Assembly (NCBI GenBank): GCA_951406725.2
Contig: OX597817.1
Coordinates: 6,820,001-6,884,000 of the forward strand
DNA length: 64,000 nt
Source: Octopus vulgaris
Taxonomy: Eukaryota
Direction: 5' to 3'
The notes under the pieces were generated by a model that worked only from the letters and a program-made list of their open reading frames with translations, was not told the DNA's origin and ran no database searches. Below are positions 12,541 to 27,196 of this stretch, piece after piece; within the stretch, counting starts at the first letter, position 1, and every line of letters starts with the position of its first letter. Made by a program: the position numbers and the translations under genes.

Positions 12541-15500
12541 ATTTCAAGCAGTAACTCAAAGAAGCCGGTGACTAATTTGGGTAATTTAATTGAAGTGTGC
12601 AGTCTTGAATAACAATTGCAAATTATTCCTAATGGACTGACAGTAGTGGTAACAATTTATAACTATTATATGTCATTGAAATCTCTAACTGGTTATCATT
12701 CTATTCCCTGAGGAATGAAAACTTACTCTGCTTCTAGAGCATATGAGACCGAGATCACAATATCTTATCTGAAAGTGCGTTGTAGCTTATTCATTTACAC
12801 CTGAGCGAACTGGGGTAGCGTTGAAGGAAGTGTTTTGACTAAGAACACAAACGCACTTCTGTGTCTGGACAACGAAACCACCATCTTGCTGTCATAAGTG
12901 CAACCAGTTAACCACAAAAACCACATGCATTCATTTGATCATATATAAATGGAAAGAACTTGACAGAGAAGATTGAATCTCTGTGTACATTACAGTTGCT
13001 ATTGAATTTCAACATGTGGTGGAACGGTGTAAACTTGCATAAAGCATAGGAATAGAACGTGTATCCCATGGGTATGCAACTGAAGGTGATAATTGATTTC
13101 AAGTGTTTTTTTCTATATATCATGGACACACACATGTTGAAGGTTGTGCGATTGCTAAGGAATCTATTGGCCGCAGAGATTGCATGTATTGAGGATAGAA
13201 CATACAGTAGCTTCTTTTCGAAGAATGAGAGAGATTGGTTTAAGAAGAAAAAATATAAATGAAAGGCGGTACACCCTCGTCTGTACAATGTGATTCTAAG
13301 TTTCAGTAACCACGTAGAGAATGATCACATCGTTAGATTGAAATGACCAAAGTTATTGTAACACATTATCACTGTATGCATGACATAGTAAGACTGGAGA
13401 CGTATATAGTTAATTTTATCGAAAGTGGTTGACTCAAGAAGGATTTAGTTCATCAGAAGTGCTATTTACAGTAGTGTAGCAAAGCATACGTTTTGGCAGT
13501 GAATAACCGTTTGTCACTTAAATTGTTTTATTATTATTTTATATGGAGAGGAAAATTGCTAAGGGCACTAATATAGCTGAAAGGAGATAAGAACAGATGC
13601 TCATATCCAAGACATGATACAAATGCTTTTAACGATGTGGCCTCTACGAGAAGACATCAAAGACTTAGGGTGGGTCGGTGAATTAAACTCTATAATGAAC
13701 TATTGTACATATTTCACTCTGTGTTCTTATATGTGCCACGGACGCTTGACTGCAGGTAAATCTACATTGTAATTATAAACCAATCAGTTATGTTTGTAAG
13801 AGTGTTGGGAACGAACTTAACAAAATAGTTAAGATATGCTGTAGGTTAGAATTAAAACAAAGTTTCAGTCAAGGCAAATTGAAAGGCGTGCTGCCGCAGT
13901 AAGGACTTAGCCTGATTTGAGTATCACAGCAATAAGATGTTAGTTTGTGTTCTGTCTACAAATGAAAAGTGATACATTGATTTGAAAAGATCCAGAAAAA
14001 ATGTTAACACAAATAAACTGGTGACTGGAAAAGTTGAAAGGTGTAGCAAAAGTTCAAGGGCGTTTGCAGGGCGGTTGCATCAGTAATAGAAATGGGTGAA
14101 TGAGAATAATAATTTTCGAAGATAGCTGAGAATAGTAAATGATTCGCATCTGCATCAGAGGCGTTTGTGGGAGATGCGCGAGAGCCAAAATATGTTGTAT
14201 GCATTGACGTTACCGTAAATGATGCTAGTGAAGTTTATCGAATAACGAAATGCTTTCTCAATTATTTCGATAATATATCGATTCGGCATTTCGACACTCA
14301 AATACTTTTTCTACATTGGATATATATAAGTAACAAAATCGAATTTTTTACCCCGAGAAAAAAAAGAATGTGTGTGTGTGTGTGTGCGCGCTTATTACAG
14401 ATATGCATAAAAGTGCGTTTGGTTTCATATTTTCTGTTTATTTATTTCTGCGTATGTAAAGGTATAATCATGACCACTTATTCATGCATACGCACTCATA
14501 GAAGTATTTAACTATTTACCTATACATAGAAAGACCAACTTACACAAATGCATTAAAAGTAAACATTTTGAAAATCACAAAAGGTATAAAATAGGGAAAG
14601 AATGAAATGAAAAAGGAATTATGTTTCATACAAGCAAGAGAAAGGAAGCGAGGAAAACAAGAAGGGAAGTGCAAGAAACAAGAGGAACTGAAAGTGAAAG
14701 TAAAAGGAAAGAGTATAAAAGAATAAAAGAGCGGGAAGGATAATTGCAGGTTCAGAGTTACCCTGAAAGAAGAGAAAGATAAGATTTAACGAGAGGAAAA
14801 AAAATAAGTCAGACGAATAGGGTATATGAAAATATCAAAACAACACATAGGGAGTAATGTGGAGATGTGGGGGAAGAGACTGGGTGGGTAAGGAGTGAGC
14901 AGAAGCCACTTATATTAAATCATAGGAGTAGATTGCAGTAGAAGTAAATAAGGAGCTCTAGGATGGTGGGTCTGTAACTGAAGGGATAAGCAAAGAACGA
15001 AGACGGAGAGATGCAGTATAGGATAGGCGTTTTGAGATTTCTGGCATATTTATGCGGTGAGTTGAGAAAATGGTTATGTTGTGGTTAGAGTTAGAGTTGG
15101 AGGAAAATAAACCGAGATAATAGAAATGGAAAATGAAAGAAAATTAGAGATGGATACTGGCATCTGTGCAGCATGAAGGGAATTATGATTAAGTACACTG
15201 TTATAGATGGTAACTCATACATAATGTACGACATAAAAAAGGGTATTCGGTCATAATTACAGGCAAGTGAGCATCAGAAAAATTGCTCGCGCACATATGC
15301 ACGCATGTTGCTTCATATGTGTGAATATTCGTATGCATATATATATATATGTGCACATATATACATGTATATATATGTATAACTATATAGACATATATAT
15401 GTGTGTATGTATGTGTGTACATATATATATATATTTATATGTATATCTATATATGTATATATATATACATGTATATACATGTATACATCTATATACATAC

Positions 15501-15653
15501 ACACACACACACATATATATATATATGTATATGTATATGTATATGCATATGTATATATATGTATATATATATATGTTTATATATGTATATATATATCTCT
15601 ATATATATATACACACACAATAATATATATAATTTATATATATCTGTACATAC

Positions 15654-15713
<60 letters not shown>

Positions 15714-17902
15714 TATATACATACTAATATGAAATATATATATATGTATATATTTATATAAAAATGAGCGTAGGCACTAGTGCTCGTGAGTGTAATATTA
15801 AGGATATTATTTTAAAGTTAGTTTCATAAAGAAATCAACGGTGTATCTGCAGGTGGAGCTGAATTAATCTTAAGAGGGCAGTGAAAGTTATTATCAAATT
15901 CCTTGAATGAGCTGAATTGTAAAGTGTGAAGTCCCAGCGAAACCCCAATCATATATGTGTGCGTGTAGTTGTTTAGGTATGCATGTAGTTTGTCTTTATA
16001 TGTGTGTATACATGTATGGATTTTTGTATCTATGTGTGATTGGTAGGTGCATCCAAAGTAATATTATTATGTCACAAATATATCCTATTTATATAACGTC
16101 TCGTAATCCACATGGTCGTGTTTCATCTTTAAACTATATAGGAAAATAAATCCATTATGCATTGCGTTTGAATTGCACGATATTCCTTCCCATCGCCTGT
16201 TTGTGCTATCTACGTTTTCTATATTTCCTTTTTTTACATATACACTGAAACGTTATGGCTTGTATATTTTCGGTATCTGAGTGTGCCTGCTTATTTCTTT
16301 GGAGTAGTTCCTATATACGCACGCGTATTTCAAACATTTAGTAGATGATCACGAGTATATATACATATGAATACCTATGTGTAGGTATGTCTTTAATATT
16401 TCTTCTCTATGTATGTTCGTTTTCGTATTATAACGGATGCACAATTTTTTCATGCAGTTATTTAATTATTCACTTGTATGCATCTGCTAGAATAGTGAGC
16501 TGTGGTTTCTAAGTATAGTTGCTCAAGAAGGCATGTCATTCTAACGGTATTATTAGTAAAACATATGAAGCTATTTCAAGCGAAAAGAAAATAAGATGAA
16601 TAAAAATGGAAACGAAAATGGAATGTATTCCCATAGGGTATTTCCTTTCCTCTTTCCTAGGTTACAGTTACGTGATATAATCAAAGGGTCCTTAATATAT
16701 TAACGAAGCTGCATCACTCGCAATATATTCGTAATTATCTGAAAAATAATGTACGAAATATTTACAACGAAAATGGAAACCAAAAGTACATGGCTTTGCA
16801 CTGGAAAGAACTGCCTATGTGTGTCCCTTAACATACTTACTGAATAAGGGAATTTCTTATATAACCCTTGCCACCGAAACTATACCCATACCTCCACAAT
16901 GTAAATGACTATAATTTTATAGCACGAACAATGATGAATCGGAGATCAATAGTGTGTGGACTCAATTCTATGACCCGTGAATTTCATTCAATATGAAGCT
17001 AATTGGATCTTTCCAGTATATTTTCAATGAGAGGAAAATGTTCCAAAAATATGGAAAATTGCTACCAGTATAAACTGGGAAATAATATCCAATAAAATAT
17101 TTGTACAGGCACACAAGCTAGAACCATATCAAATAAACTTTATTATTCACAATACTCTTCTGAAAAACTGTATCATCCAGAACCACGGAACAAACTAATA
17201 ATGCTTAAATAATAACATGATAAAAATTACCATCTTGAGATTTAATAGAGTCAACAGAACAGTGATTCTTGCGCTGCAAATAAATTATATACAATCACAA
17301 ACTGAACTTTGTATATCGTCTCTCAAGGGAAAGCCTCAATAATGTCAATTAAAATGAAACAATAATCTAAAAAGCAATTAGTTTAAATAAATAAAATCAT
17401 CGAGAAGTGTCTGAGATCGACACTCCAGTACAATATTCAGTCAAGTAAAAGGTTGGATATATATATGTGTGTGTATTTGAGTGTGTATTTGTGTATTTGT
17501 GTGCATGCGTGTGTTGCGTGTGTGTGCTTGTCTGTGTATACATAGATAGATAAATAGATAGATAGGTACATAGATAGATAGGTAGATAGATAGATAGTAC
17601 GCGCACGTGTGTATATATCCAATCAAGCAAACATTCTCCAAACATAGCCACATCTTCTCCAGTGATATATTGTTAGGCCGTTGCACGAATGTTAGAATTC
17701 ACTCTAATATCACAAGCATTTCGTCTTAATAAAGCTTCCAGGTCTTTCCGAATGTGATGTGAATTAATAGTTTGTTTCTACAAATTTCATTCGAGTTTCT
17801 TTCAAATTTCATCTAGAGTCCATTTCTGTGACTATACCTACTGCTTCTCTCAAAAACACATTGGCCTCGACCATGTATTAAAATTGATTAACTTAATAGC
17901 AA

Positions 17903-18269
17903 GTAGCTGATCGGAAGAGGTGACCGTCTCGAAGGGATGTTCTCGTCGCTCCTTTTATGCCAACGGGTAACCCCATGCTCACCGGTGCGTGATGGATTCT
18001 ACACGGCCGGCGTGTCCCCGACTTTCCGCCGCCGCCGCTTCACCCGCCTTTAAACGAGCACCCTTGCCCTCGCTCTCGTCGTGCGCCTCGGCTGCTTCGC
18101 TCGCTCGCATGCCGGTGTCCACCGCCGTTTCGTTTGTTCTTCCTCTCGCAATTGAACGTTGGGTTTCCTCCTCGCCTGCGCCTACGCGCCGTCGTCGATG
18201 CCGTGCGCCCGTACGCCTTTGCTCGCGAAAAAAGAATTTCAGTCCTGTGTGGCTAATAAAGAAACATAT
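17903..18269 (+). mobile_element. GC-rich 367-bp retro-type insertion with 11-bp TSD
   Basis: CTTAATAGCAA at 17892-17902 and 18270-18280; GC/CpG-rich body in AT-rich DNA; ends in ..GTGTGGCTAATAAAGAAACATAT. Confidence 0.8.
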
Positions 18270-20859
18270 CTTAATAGCAACTGAGGTGTTGCAGCTATGA
18301 CAGAAGGCAGGTATATAATGTCAGTCATCAAAGTAGATTTGTATGATAAACTATAAGAGTAAAATCATATCTATAAACATGATTTAGAGCACATCATTAT
18401 ATCCGTTAGAGATTACACGGTAAAACAATGTTACAAAATTCTTCAAATGACGACGCGCAAATGAATGTATTCATACACTATAATGTAAAACGCATAAAAT
18501 TATATCATAATCATTCTTTTGTAAATAAATTAATTATAGTTATGAAGGTTTTATAATTTTAGTTTGTACTTTTCACATTTTTAAAGTATTTTTAATTATT
18601 TTCATGTTGCACCTGGATATACCTTGTGGGACGCATGCGTGTTTGGCATACTATGTTTAAAGCAATCACTGGTCTAACCGATTGACTATCTTCCTGAATG
18701 ATTATCGATAGAATACCAGATAATAAGTAGTTGTTGGATACCTTATTAAAACATCTATGCGTACGTACAAGTTACTCGAAAATAAGTTATCATATCGTTA
18801 CTTTGTAAACCATCAGTGGTCCGTAGTATATCGGTTCCTTAAACTAACAAGTCTGTAGCGGAGCAGTTTTAGTCCTACATGAGTTTGGGTCAAGCAAATC
18901 TATGAGCAAAAGCATTCCTGCCTAACTCATCGCATATTTCACTTCAGGTTGTGCATTTAAGACATAATTATCCATCATATCATTTCTGTAGTTTGAGGGT
19001 TTACCTTTATTCTCATACTGTTCGGCTCAGAGACCACCGGAAGTGCCCTTTTTTGTGGATTTGCCTTAATTCATAACTCTAATCGAGGATACGTGTTTCA
19101 GAGTCATTCCAGCTATAAACATGACATGCACACGTCTTGTATTACATTACCATACACATTTCTTTTTTGAAAGCGGTAGTTTGATATTTCAAGAACGCCA
19201 CTAATTCACTTAAAATATTAAACGAATATCAACATTAAACAGTAACAGATGTAGTTTATCAACAAGGCATTTATATATTAAAAATTCGCTTTAATTTTTT
19301 AGTACCGTCTGTGTTAGCCCAGAAGTTTAGAGCGATATTAAAAAGTAGAATTAATCCCTCTAATTTCAAGCTTCAGGCAAAAGTTCCCAGATATTTCTTC
19401 GACATTTACCTTGTATGTGAATATATGCGATTTATCCAAGTATTTAATTATGTAGCATCTTCGCTTACATAGCTCTCGGGAATAGATGAGAAATAAGAAA
19501 GAAATATTACCTTAAGATAGAGTGGAGCTATGTTCAAGAAATCCAGTAGGTTTCTTTGTTCCCTGTATAATGCTTTTAAAATGGAGATAGACCCTTAGGC
19601 ATAAGAAGGCCTTTACACTGTATTACATTTCTATATAAGCTGAAATTCTCTTTCTTCTCGTTTTGCTGGTATATAATATATTGGTACGCTGACAGACTTC
19701 AGCCACTAATGACTGCATTGACTGGAGTGGATTTTAACAAATATTAGTTGTTTTGTTCTATTGACTAGGGTGAGGGTTAACAAATGATAGTTATTTCTGT
19801 CAATGAGGGGTGCAACAGGCAGTTGAAATATTTGTATTTGGAAATTCATTATCGACACCCCTTGGCAGTTAATGGCTGATTCACTGAGAATAGTTGCCCC
19901 ATTTGTATGGTGGTATACCTGAGACGCATCCTTCCCTGGTCTGCAGTACCATCCTTATCCTTATCTGCAGCAATAGTGTGAAATAAATGTTGGATTACTA
20001 TTGCCGCTACGCTTGCTATAGATACTGCTATGATGACTGCCCTTATATATTAAGTGGCTGTTCCACCTTAGACTAACGCCGTTAGAGATGGTCTCTGTCT
20101 AAAAGTATTCTAGCACAGACCATTCTTACTGCATTAGACACAGTGTATCCTAGATTTCGTTGTTTCATTATGTTCGGTTCTTTTTCTTACAAGAGTAGTG
20201 ACGATTATAGAAGTTTGACAGCCATTCGGAGCATATTGGGGAACCAGAGAGAGAATCAATAATTGTTTCGGGCTCCCATGTTGCTACTGTTATTGTCCTT
20301 GCTACAGATGAACTGACTATCGTCTATGCAAATTTTTCTGTTGCTGTGTTGTCACTGTTGCGACGGCTGCAGCCGTTGCGGTTGTGTTTTTTACGCTCGT
20401 TATTGCTTCTTATATCTTTAGGTGCAAACATGCTTGCTATTTTATCCCTTTTATTGTTTCTCGCTGATATTTTTCTTTTTATTTTAGCTGCATTTACAAT
20501 CGTTGCTGCAGATGTTATTGGTTTCGTTATCGTTGTTGTTGTTCTTTTTGTTGTTGTTGATGTGTGTTCGCTGTTCAACATTGATCGTAAACATTCGTGT
20601 TGGTTACCGTTATGATTGCTCCATTAACAGCGAGTCCGTTATTTAGCCATCAATAAAAAAAATCTAAGAGAAATAATAAATGTTGGTCCTTGACATGTCA
20701 TTGGATAATTGAGTTCAGTGAAGCCGTTTTCATTTTTAATAATGCAAATTATACTAACCGGAAAATGAGAAATTTTAGGGTCCTCATTCAGTACTTTATC
20801 ATTAATTATTCATATTATCCAATATGTCCTTGTTTTAGAAGCCAATATTTGATATGCAA

Positions 20860-21035
20860 CAAATGGCATGTTGGCAAAATTCTTAGCATAACGTTAAAAA
20901 TGTTAAACGACATTTCGTCCATACATACGTTCTGAGTTCAAATTCCACCGGTGTCGACTTTGTATTTTATCTTTCGGAGTTGATGTAATCAAATTTTCCC
21001 TTCTGGTCTTGTGCCAAAATTTGAAACCAATGTTC
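20860..21035 (+). mobile_element. Degenerate Nin-domain tRNA SINE
   Basis: ACGTTCTGAGTTCAAATTCCACCGGTGTCGACTTTG..TCTTTCGGAGTTGAT matches 53468-53683. Confidence 0.75.
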
Positions 21036-24000
21036 GTTATGTCGGCTATACAGTTGCGATTTTATAGAGTCAATTGACCTATAGTTAATAGCTGTAAATT
21101 TTGTTACTACTGCGATCGTTCTTTTCATTGCTGGTGTTGTTGCGGAGCCTTGTATTTTCATGACATTTTTAGGGTTGTTTCTATGGATTTATATTCTCTA
21201 TTAATCTTTTATCGCTGTTATCGCCTTTCAATCTAAAGGTAATTGTGTTAATGGCGATAGCTAGCGCGTAAACGAAAAAGTCGGAAGTCCAATTGTTTCT
21301 GACCTTCTACCTCTGATCAATCAATTAATTAAAAAATACGGCTTATGTTTCTAGTTTCTTGTTGAACAGTTAAAATTATTTGAGTCATCTGTTCAAGATG
21401 TTACCGTATCTATGATGTTTTCTCTCGTTGTCACAGCTGCATGTTTCAATTACTCTAGTGATATTTTAAAACTCTTTCGGCTGCGTATTTTCTGCTACTG
21501 TATTTGGTGTGATTAATTGCTAATGTTGTTATATTTTGTTCAAGACAAGTTTTGATCTTAGAGACCTATGACTGGAAGTGTTTCACTCATGGTCATCTAG
21601 CATTTTATCCAGACATGGTGTATTTAACACTACGTAATCCAATATACCGTTCGTTTATTTTTTCAAGAAAACATGGCGTAATTTCAAAAAACTCTCCTGG
21701 TTGATTGTTATTCCCTCTGGTGTTTTGAAGTTTTGGACTGAATTGATAAATTTGCTGATGAAGTTTTCCTATTGATGTTGTTGCCGTTGTTGTGAGTGCT
21801 ATATTTTATATTATTCATTTGATGTTCCTCCAATCACAGCTGTTACTGACTTTGTGGATTATTTTTTTCGGTTATTTTCGAAAGTTTTTCGATATGCTTG
21901 CAGCTATTGTGTGGTTGTTACTGACGTATTTGGTATTATTGCTGCTGTCACAAATGTTATTGCTAATATTGCTGCTGTTGCTACTACGCTTGCTACTGTT
22001 GTTGTTGTTTTTTTTGCTCATGTCCTTATTGCCACAATAGTGATTGCTGATATTTTCTACCTTAATTTCTACACTTACTCTTACTCTTGTTGCTGATAAT
22101 CGTCACTATCATTGCCTTTGTTGTTACTGTTTTTGCAGATTTTGATGATAATGATGTGTGAGGTTATTAATTTTCCTTCTATTTACTGCATGTTATTATT
22201 GTTACACGGGCAATTGTCTTATTTATTTATTATTATTTTTTTTGCTATAATTGCTATTGTAGACGCTATATTTATTGATGCTTCTTTCTTACTGGGGCGC
22301 ATAATTATTTATTGCTATTATTGTGTTGGATAATGTAGTTGCTATTGCCGCGATTCTCGTCGTTATTGCTGTGGTTGCAACTATCCTCACAGTTGTGAAT
22401 GCTTTTGATGCTTTCGTGTTTTCATTGCTTTGTGGTTTTCAGACACTGAACCATATGATCTGTTTCCTTCCACTTTTTAAGACAAGCATTTTCTATTGTG
22501 CGCAACTTAGCGACTATTTCATGCAGGTACATCTCTGCGATGAGGATCACTGAAGACCTCGTTGCTATCGCTTTCTTACTGTTATTGCTATTACTGTTGT
22601 CACTGCTGCTTTTGAAGTATGCTATGTCTGTAGGTTTATCGTTTTTAATTTGATGTCGATAATCGTATTATTGTTGTTACTCGGGTCGTAACGTCTTACT
22701 ACTGTCAGAATTGGAGTTAGGCTTGCTCTTTTTGTTATGTCTTTTATATTACAGTTGTGAGTGTTGCTGTTGTTGCTACTGTTTCTTTCGTTGTTGTGAC
22801 GTTGACTGATGATTTAATAATTGATGCAAGTTTTATTTTTAAGTTTATGTAGAATTTTCTATGACCAATTATAATCCACTGTGTTGTCTACATTGTAGTA
22901 TTTTTAAGAAGCTGTTATTAATGAATTTCTTTCAGCATAAATTTGTTGTTGTAGTTGTGGAATTGCAAGAGCTGTTGGCGTTGTTTTTGTAGCTGTTCTA
23001 ATTCATTGCTTTTAGTTGATATTACTTTACATCCACGGACATTTCCCTGGAAAATATCATTCAATGGGGACACATCAATGTCAGTTTCAATGATTACACA
23101 TGACAAGGAAACAATTTTCTACCCCATTTCCTCTAGTCTTGGAAAACACGCAACTAAAACAGTCAAAATCAATATAAATACTAAGGCCTGTGATTAATAA
23201 TAGTCAATCCCAGCGAGTTAATATTCGTAACGTAGTAAAAACCATACAATACAAACTACTTTTTCAATTCAGAGCCAGGTAATATTTCAGCTTTCAAAAA
23301 TTAGTTACACTCTATAACGATAATGTTTTTGCTAAAATACATCATTCTATAGTAAATTCTATAGTACATGAAAATAAAGCAGCCGATATTTGTCATCTGG
23401 ACTTTCGCGGATATTATCGAACGTCTAGCAAACAGATTTGCATCCTTATCGCGTTTTTATTTCTACCCATCCTAAAACAAACTGAATTACGTAGCTTATT
23501 TCGTTCCCGTCTACTCAAAAAATATCTTCTTTACTACTCTAGGCACACGGCCCGAAAGTCTACTCAAACAATATCGAAACACCTGTCACCTCTCTCCTAG
23601 ACATTCACACTATGCTCACTTCTGCAAATCCACGTTAACAACAATGCTGACTTTTTGTACTCCCAAACCTGCAACACTCTGGTATACCGTTTCCATTCAT
23701 ATTCTTTGTGCAGTTATCCACTTACAAACCGCATTAATTTCGCCACTCTATCGTCATGAACCTAGTGAAGTGCCATGGAGCAGTCACGTTTCCGTGACTG
23801 AACCCTAACAAATACACTCTATCACTGGTTTAGTAATTCTAGCGTTTGTAGTTGAATGTTTTTGTTGTTTTAATGTAAATCCAGGTGACCGCAAAACGAA
23901 CAGGATTATTACACGCAGATCGGTGCAGTGACTGTGTGCAAATATATTCGACAGGAACTTATGATGTGATAAAACGTTTTCTTTTTTGTCGAATTATTTT

Positions 24001-24746
24001 CAAATTTGCTTCATTCAACTATTCACCCTTTTATAAAACGGTTTGGTAAGATTTGAAAGAATATTGATCACACCTTTGACACATCGAGTGTCTTTGTGGG
24101 AATATTCCATGTTTTTGCTGTAATTTATGCATTCATTGTAGCTGCTGTTGCCGCCGCGGCCGCCGTGGTTGCTGCTGCTGCTATTGTTGGAGTATTAGAG
24201 AAACAGCTGTTGTTTGTATTACAAGTCTTTTTGCTGTTGAACATTTTATTCTTGATGTTGCAGACAGTACTTGCCGTGATTATTTCTATAATTTATTGAT
24301 ATTAATTGCCGTTAATCGTTTTCATTTTAAAATTTTTTATTACTGCTAAGAGAATTGTTAACTTGTTTTTTTGTTTCTTTTTGTCCCCTTTACACATGTT
24401 CTGCTTAAAATCGTTTGTTGGTGCAGCAGTTTCTTCTGCTGTTGCCGATATTGTTATTGTTATTGTTATTGTTGTTTTGTTGTTCTTGTTGTGATTATGA
24501 TGCTACTTGCTCTCAATCGTTCCCCGGATAATGTGCCTAATGTTCATGCTGATATTACTTTTGTGATACCGATATAATTCTGATTGTTCCGCTGTTAATG
24601 TTATTTATTTTGATGTTGATATTGCTCTGATTGTCCTCATGCTGTTGTTAGTAAGGTTAATTTATTTTATTTTCTTGTTCTCCTAACACATGTTCCTCTT
24701 GATATTGATGGTTAATCCTTTATTCTTTTTGGTTTTAGCTGTTGGT

Positions 24747-25385
<639 letters not shown>

Positions 25386-26589
25386 TTCTTGTTAATATTT
25401 ATATTGTTGCTGGTTTTACAGTAAAAGTTGATGTTCCTGTTCTTTTTTAAATTATACTTGTTGAATTTATTTCCACTTGAAATTTATTGTTTTAATTTCA
25501 TATCTGATTCCGTGTTCATATAATAACTTCGTTAGCTTCTCCTTCTCCACCTACATGGTGGCGGCTCAACTTTGTTTTTGGCTGTTTTCATTTTAGTTGT
25601 CATATGATTTCATCAAACTTTCAATTGAAATTCATTTTAAAATACATTATATTAAAATACATTAGTACTAAAATTATTATCTCACTGCGACATCTTTTCC
25701 GCTTTTTTCTTTTGTTTTTGGTTTTTTTGTTTTTTTGGTTTTTGCTGTTTTAGCCCTTCTTCCATTTGCAACTTTTGTGTAAATGAATGTTCAATAATGA
25801 TTTGAAGCAAAATCAAACCAACAGCAAACGTGTATTACAACATACGGAAGATGAATATGCAAAAGAATGAAAGCTAAATGGAAATTTTATTGACTTATGA
25901 AAACATAAGTCTTATAATAACACAAATGCGGGTGCATACACCTGCTGATTTATACACAGACTCGCACAGACATGCATGCATGCACACATACGCACACATA
26001 TTCAGATCCCCAATTATGTACTTGCAGACATATACAAACGCAAAACAAAACGCTATATTAGGAGCTGTACATCGCCTTGATTACTTGCCCTCTTCGACGT
26101 AGCAGACTGATATCTCTCAAAACTAACCCTACAATGTTAACAAAAATGCGCGCATGGGGACAGCCAATCCTAAATGTACAAAAATACAAGATTTCTTTTC
26201 CCAGGCAGAGAGGAGTAGCAACAGAGTCCTGTGTCTGAGGTTGGCGAAGTATGAATATAATTTATTCTTAGACAAGATATTTATTTCGGATGGTTGCAAC
26301 AGAATGCACTCCGGTAATGGTCAACAACAAATATAATAGCCAAATCAATGAGGTAGCCTCTATAATGTAAACGACGTAATAAATATAGCAACTGAATCTC
26401 ATTCCTATAACACATAAAAATATTGGTCCGGAGGTATTTGAGCATAGAAAAGAGATGAGATGGTCGTGTCTGGACTGTTTTTTGTTATAGCTCTACGCAA
26501 TAGAATCTGTTCTGCGACTAAACTATAACTGTAATGTTGGCTGAAACAGATCAATTCGTAACATTATATAATAGTCTCATTATCATGGC

Positions 26590-27100
26590 ATGTTTGGATT
26601 CCTGATGGAACATTGGGGATTCTACGGACACTTTTCCTGTGATCTGTGCCTTTAACTCTTCTTTGCTAACCTTAGTTTGGTCATTCTCAGATGAGTTGTA
26701 TAGTACATGGTTATTTACTGTTCAAATATGCTTGGGGCATATTCAAACATGTAAGAAATGCATTCACTGTGTTTTGTGACGGAAAAATTTCTCGCTCGCA
26801 GACAAATTGTGATAATACATCTAAAATCAGACCACAGCGCCACCAATCCCGACTGTACTGCAAGCAGATAAGAGAGATTGTGTCTCTTAGGATAATCCCT
26901 TCATAGTACAATGAGCTCTTTACCATTAGATTCCATTCCATGACTGGCACAGTAGACAAAAGATATAAACCGTCTGGTCTTCGTAATGACTGGCTTACAC
27001 ATCCACCGTTCCTCGATTTTTTGTAGGACCCTCTTCATAAGGGCCTCGAGCGCTGTTTTGCTGCTCATAATTTATGTATATATTATATTTCCGATCCGTC
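26590..27100 (-). pseudogene. Decayed paracaspase (MALT1-like) caspase-domain sequence
   Basis: Minus-strand fragments across frameshifts in MALT1 order: IGNIIY (from 27095), RGTVD, GLY/SFVYCASHGMESNGKELIV (SHG 26945-26937), LILDV (26830-26816), NTVNAFLTC (26773-26747), YTTHLR. Human MALT1 from memory: IGNMNY, RNAVD, GVYGLLYYAGHGYENFGNSFMV, FLLDMCR, NIVFGYATC. Confidence 0.55.
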
Positions 27101-27196
27101 TACTGTTGAATGTTTGAAGCTTCAAGCAGATATTTATGTTAACTCACTATTTTGCTACACCATATAACAAGGTTGATTAGACCCTGTTATTTATAA

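Noticed and set aside
12908-13288. 126-aa minus-strand ORF
   Set aside because: No recognisable motif or splice context; length is compatible with chance
17989-18300. 103-aa Ala/Arg/Ser-rich ORF, and RNase P/MRP or 7SK identity for the GC-rich insert
   Set aside because: The ORF follows from high GC and runs through the TSD; GGAAAGTC and GATC motifs occur but the required pairings and order do not
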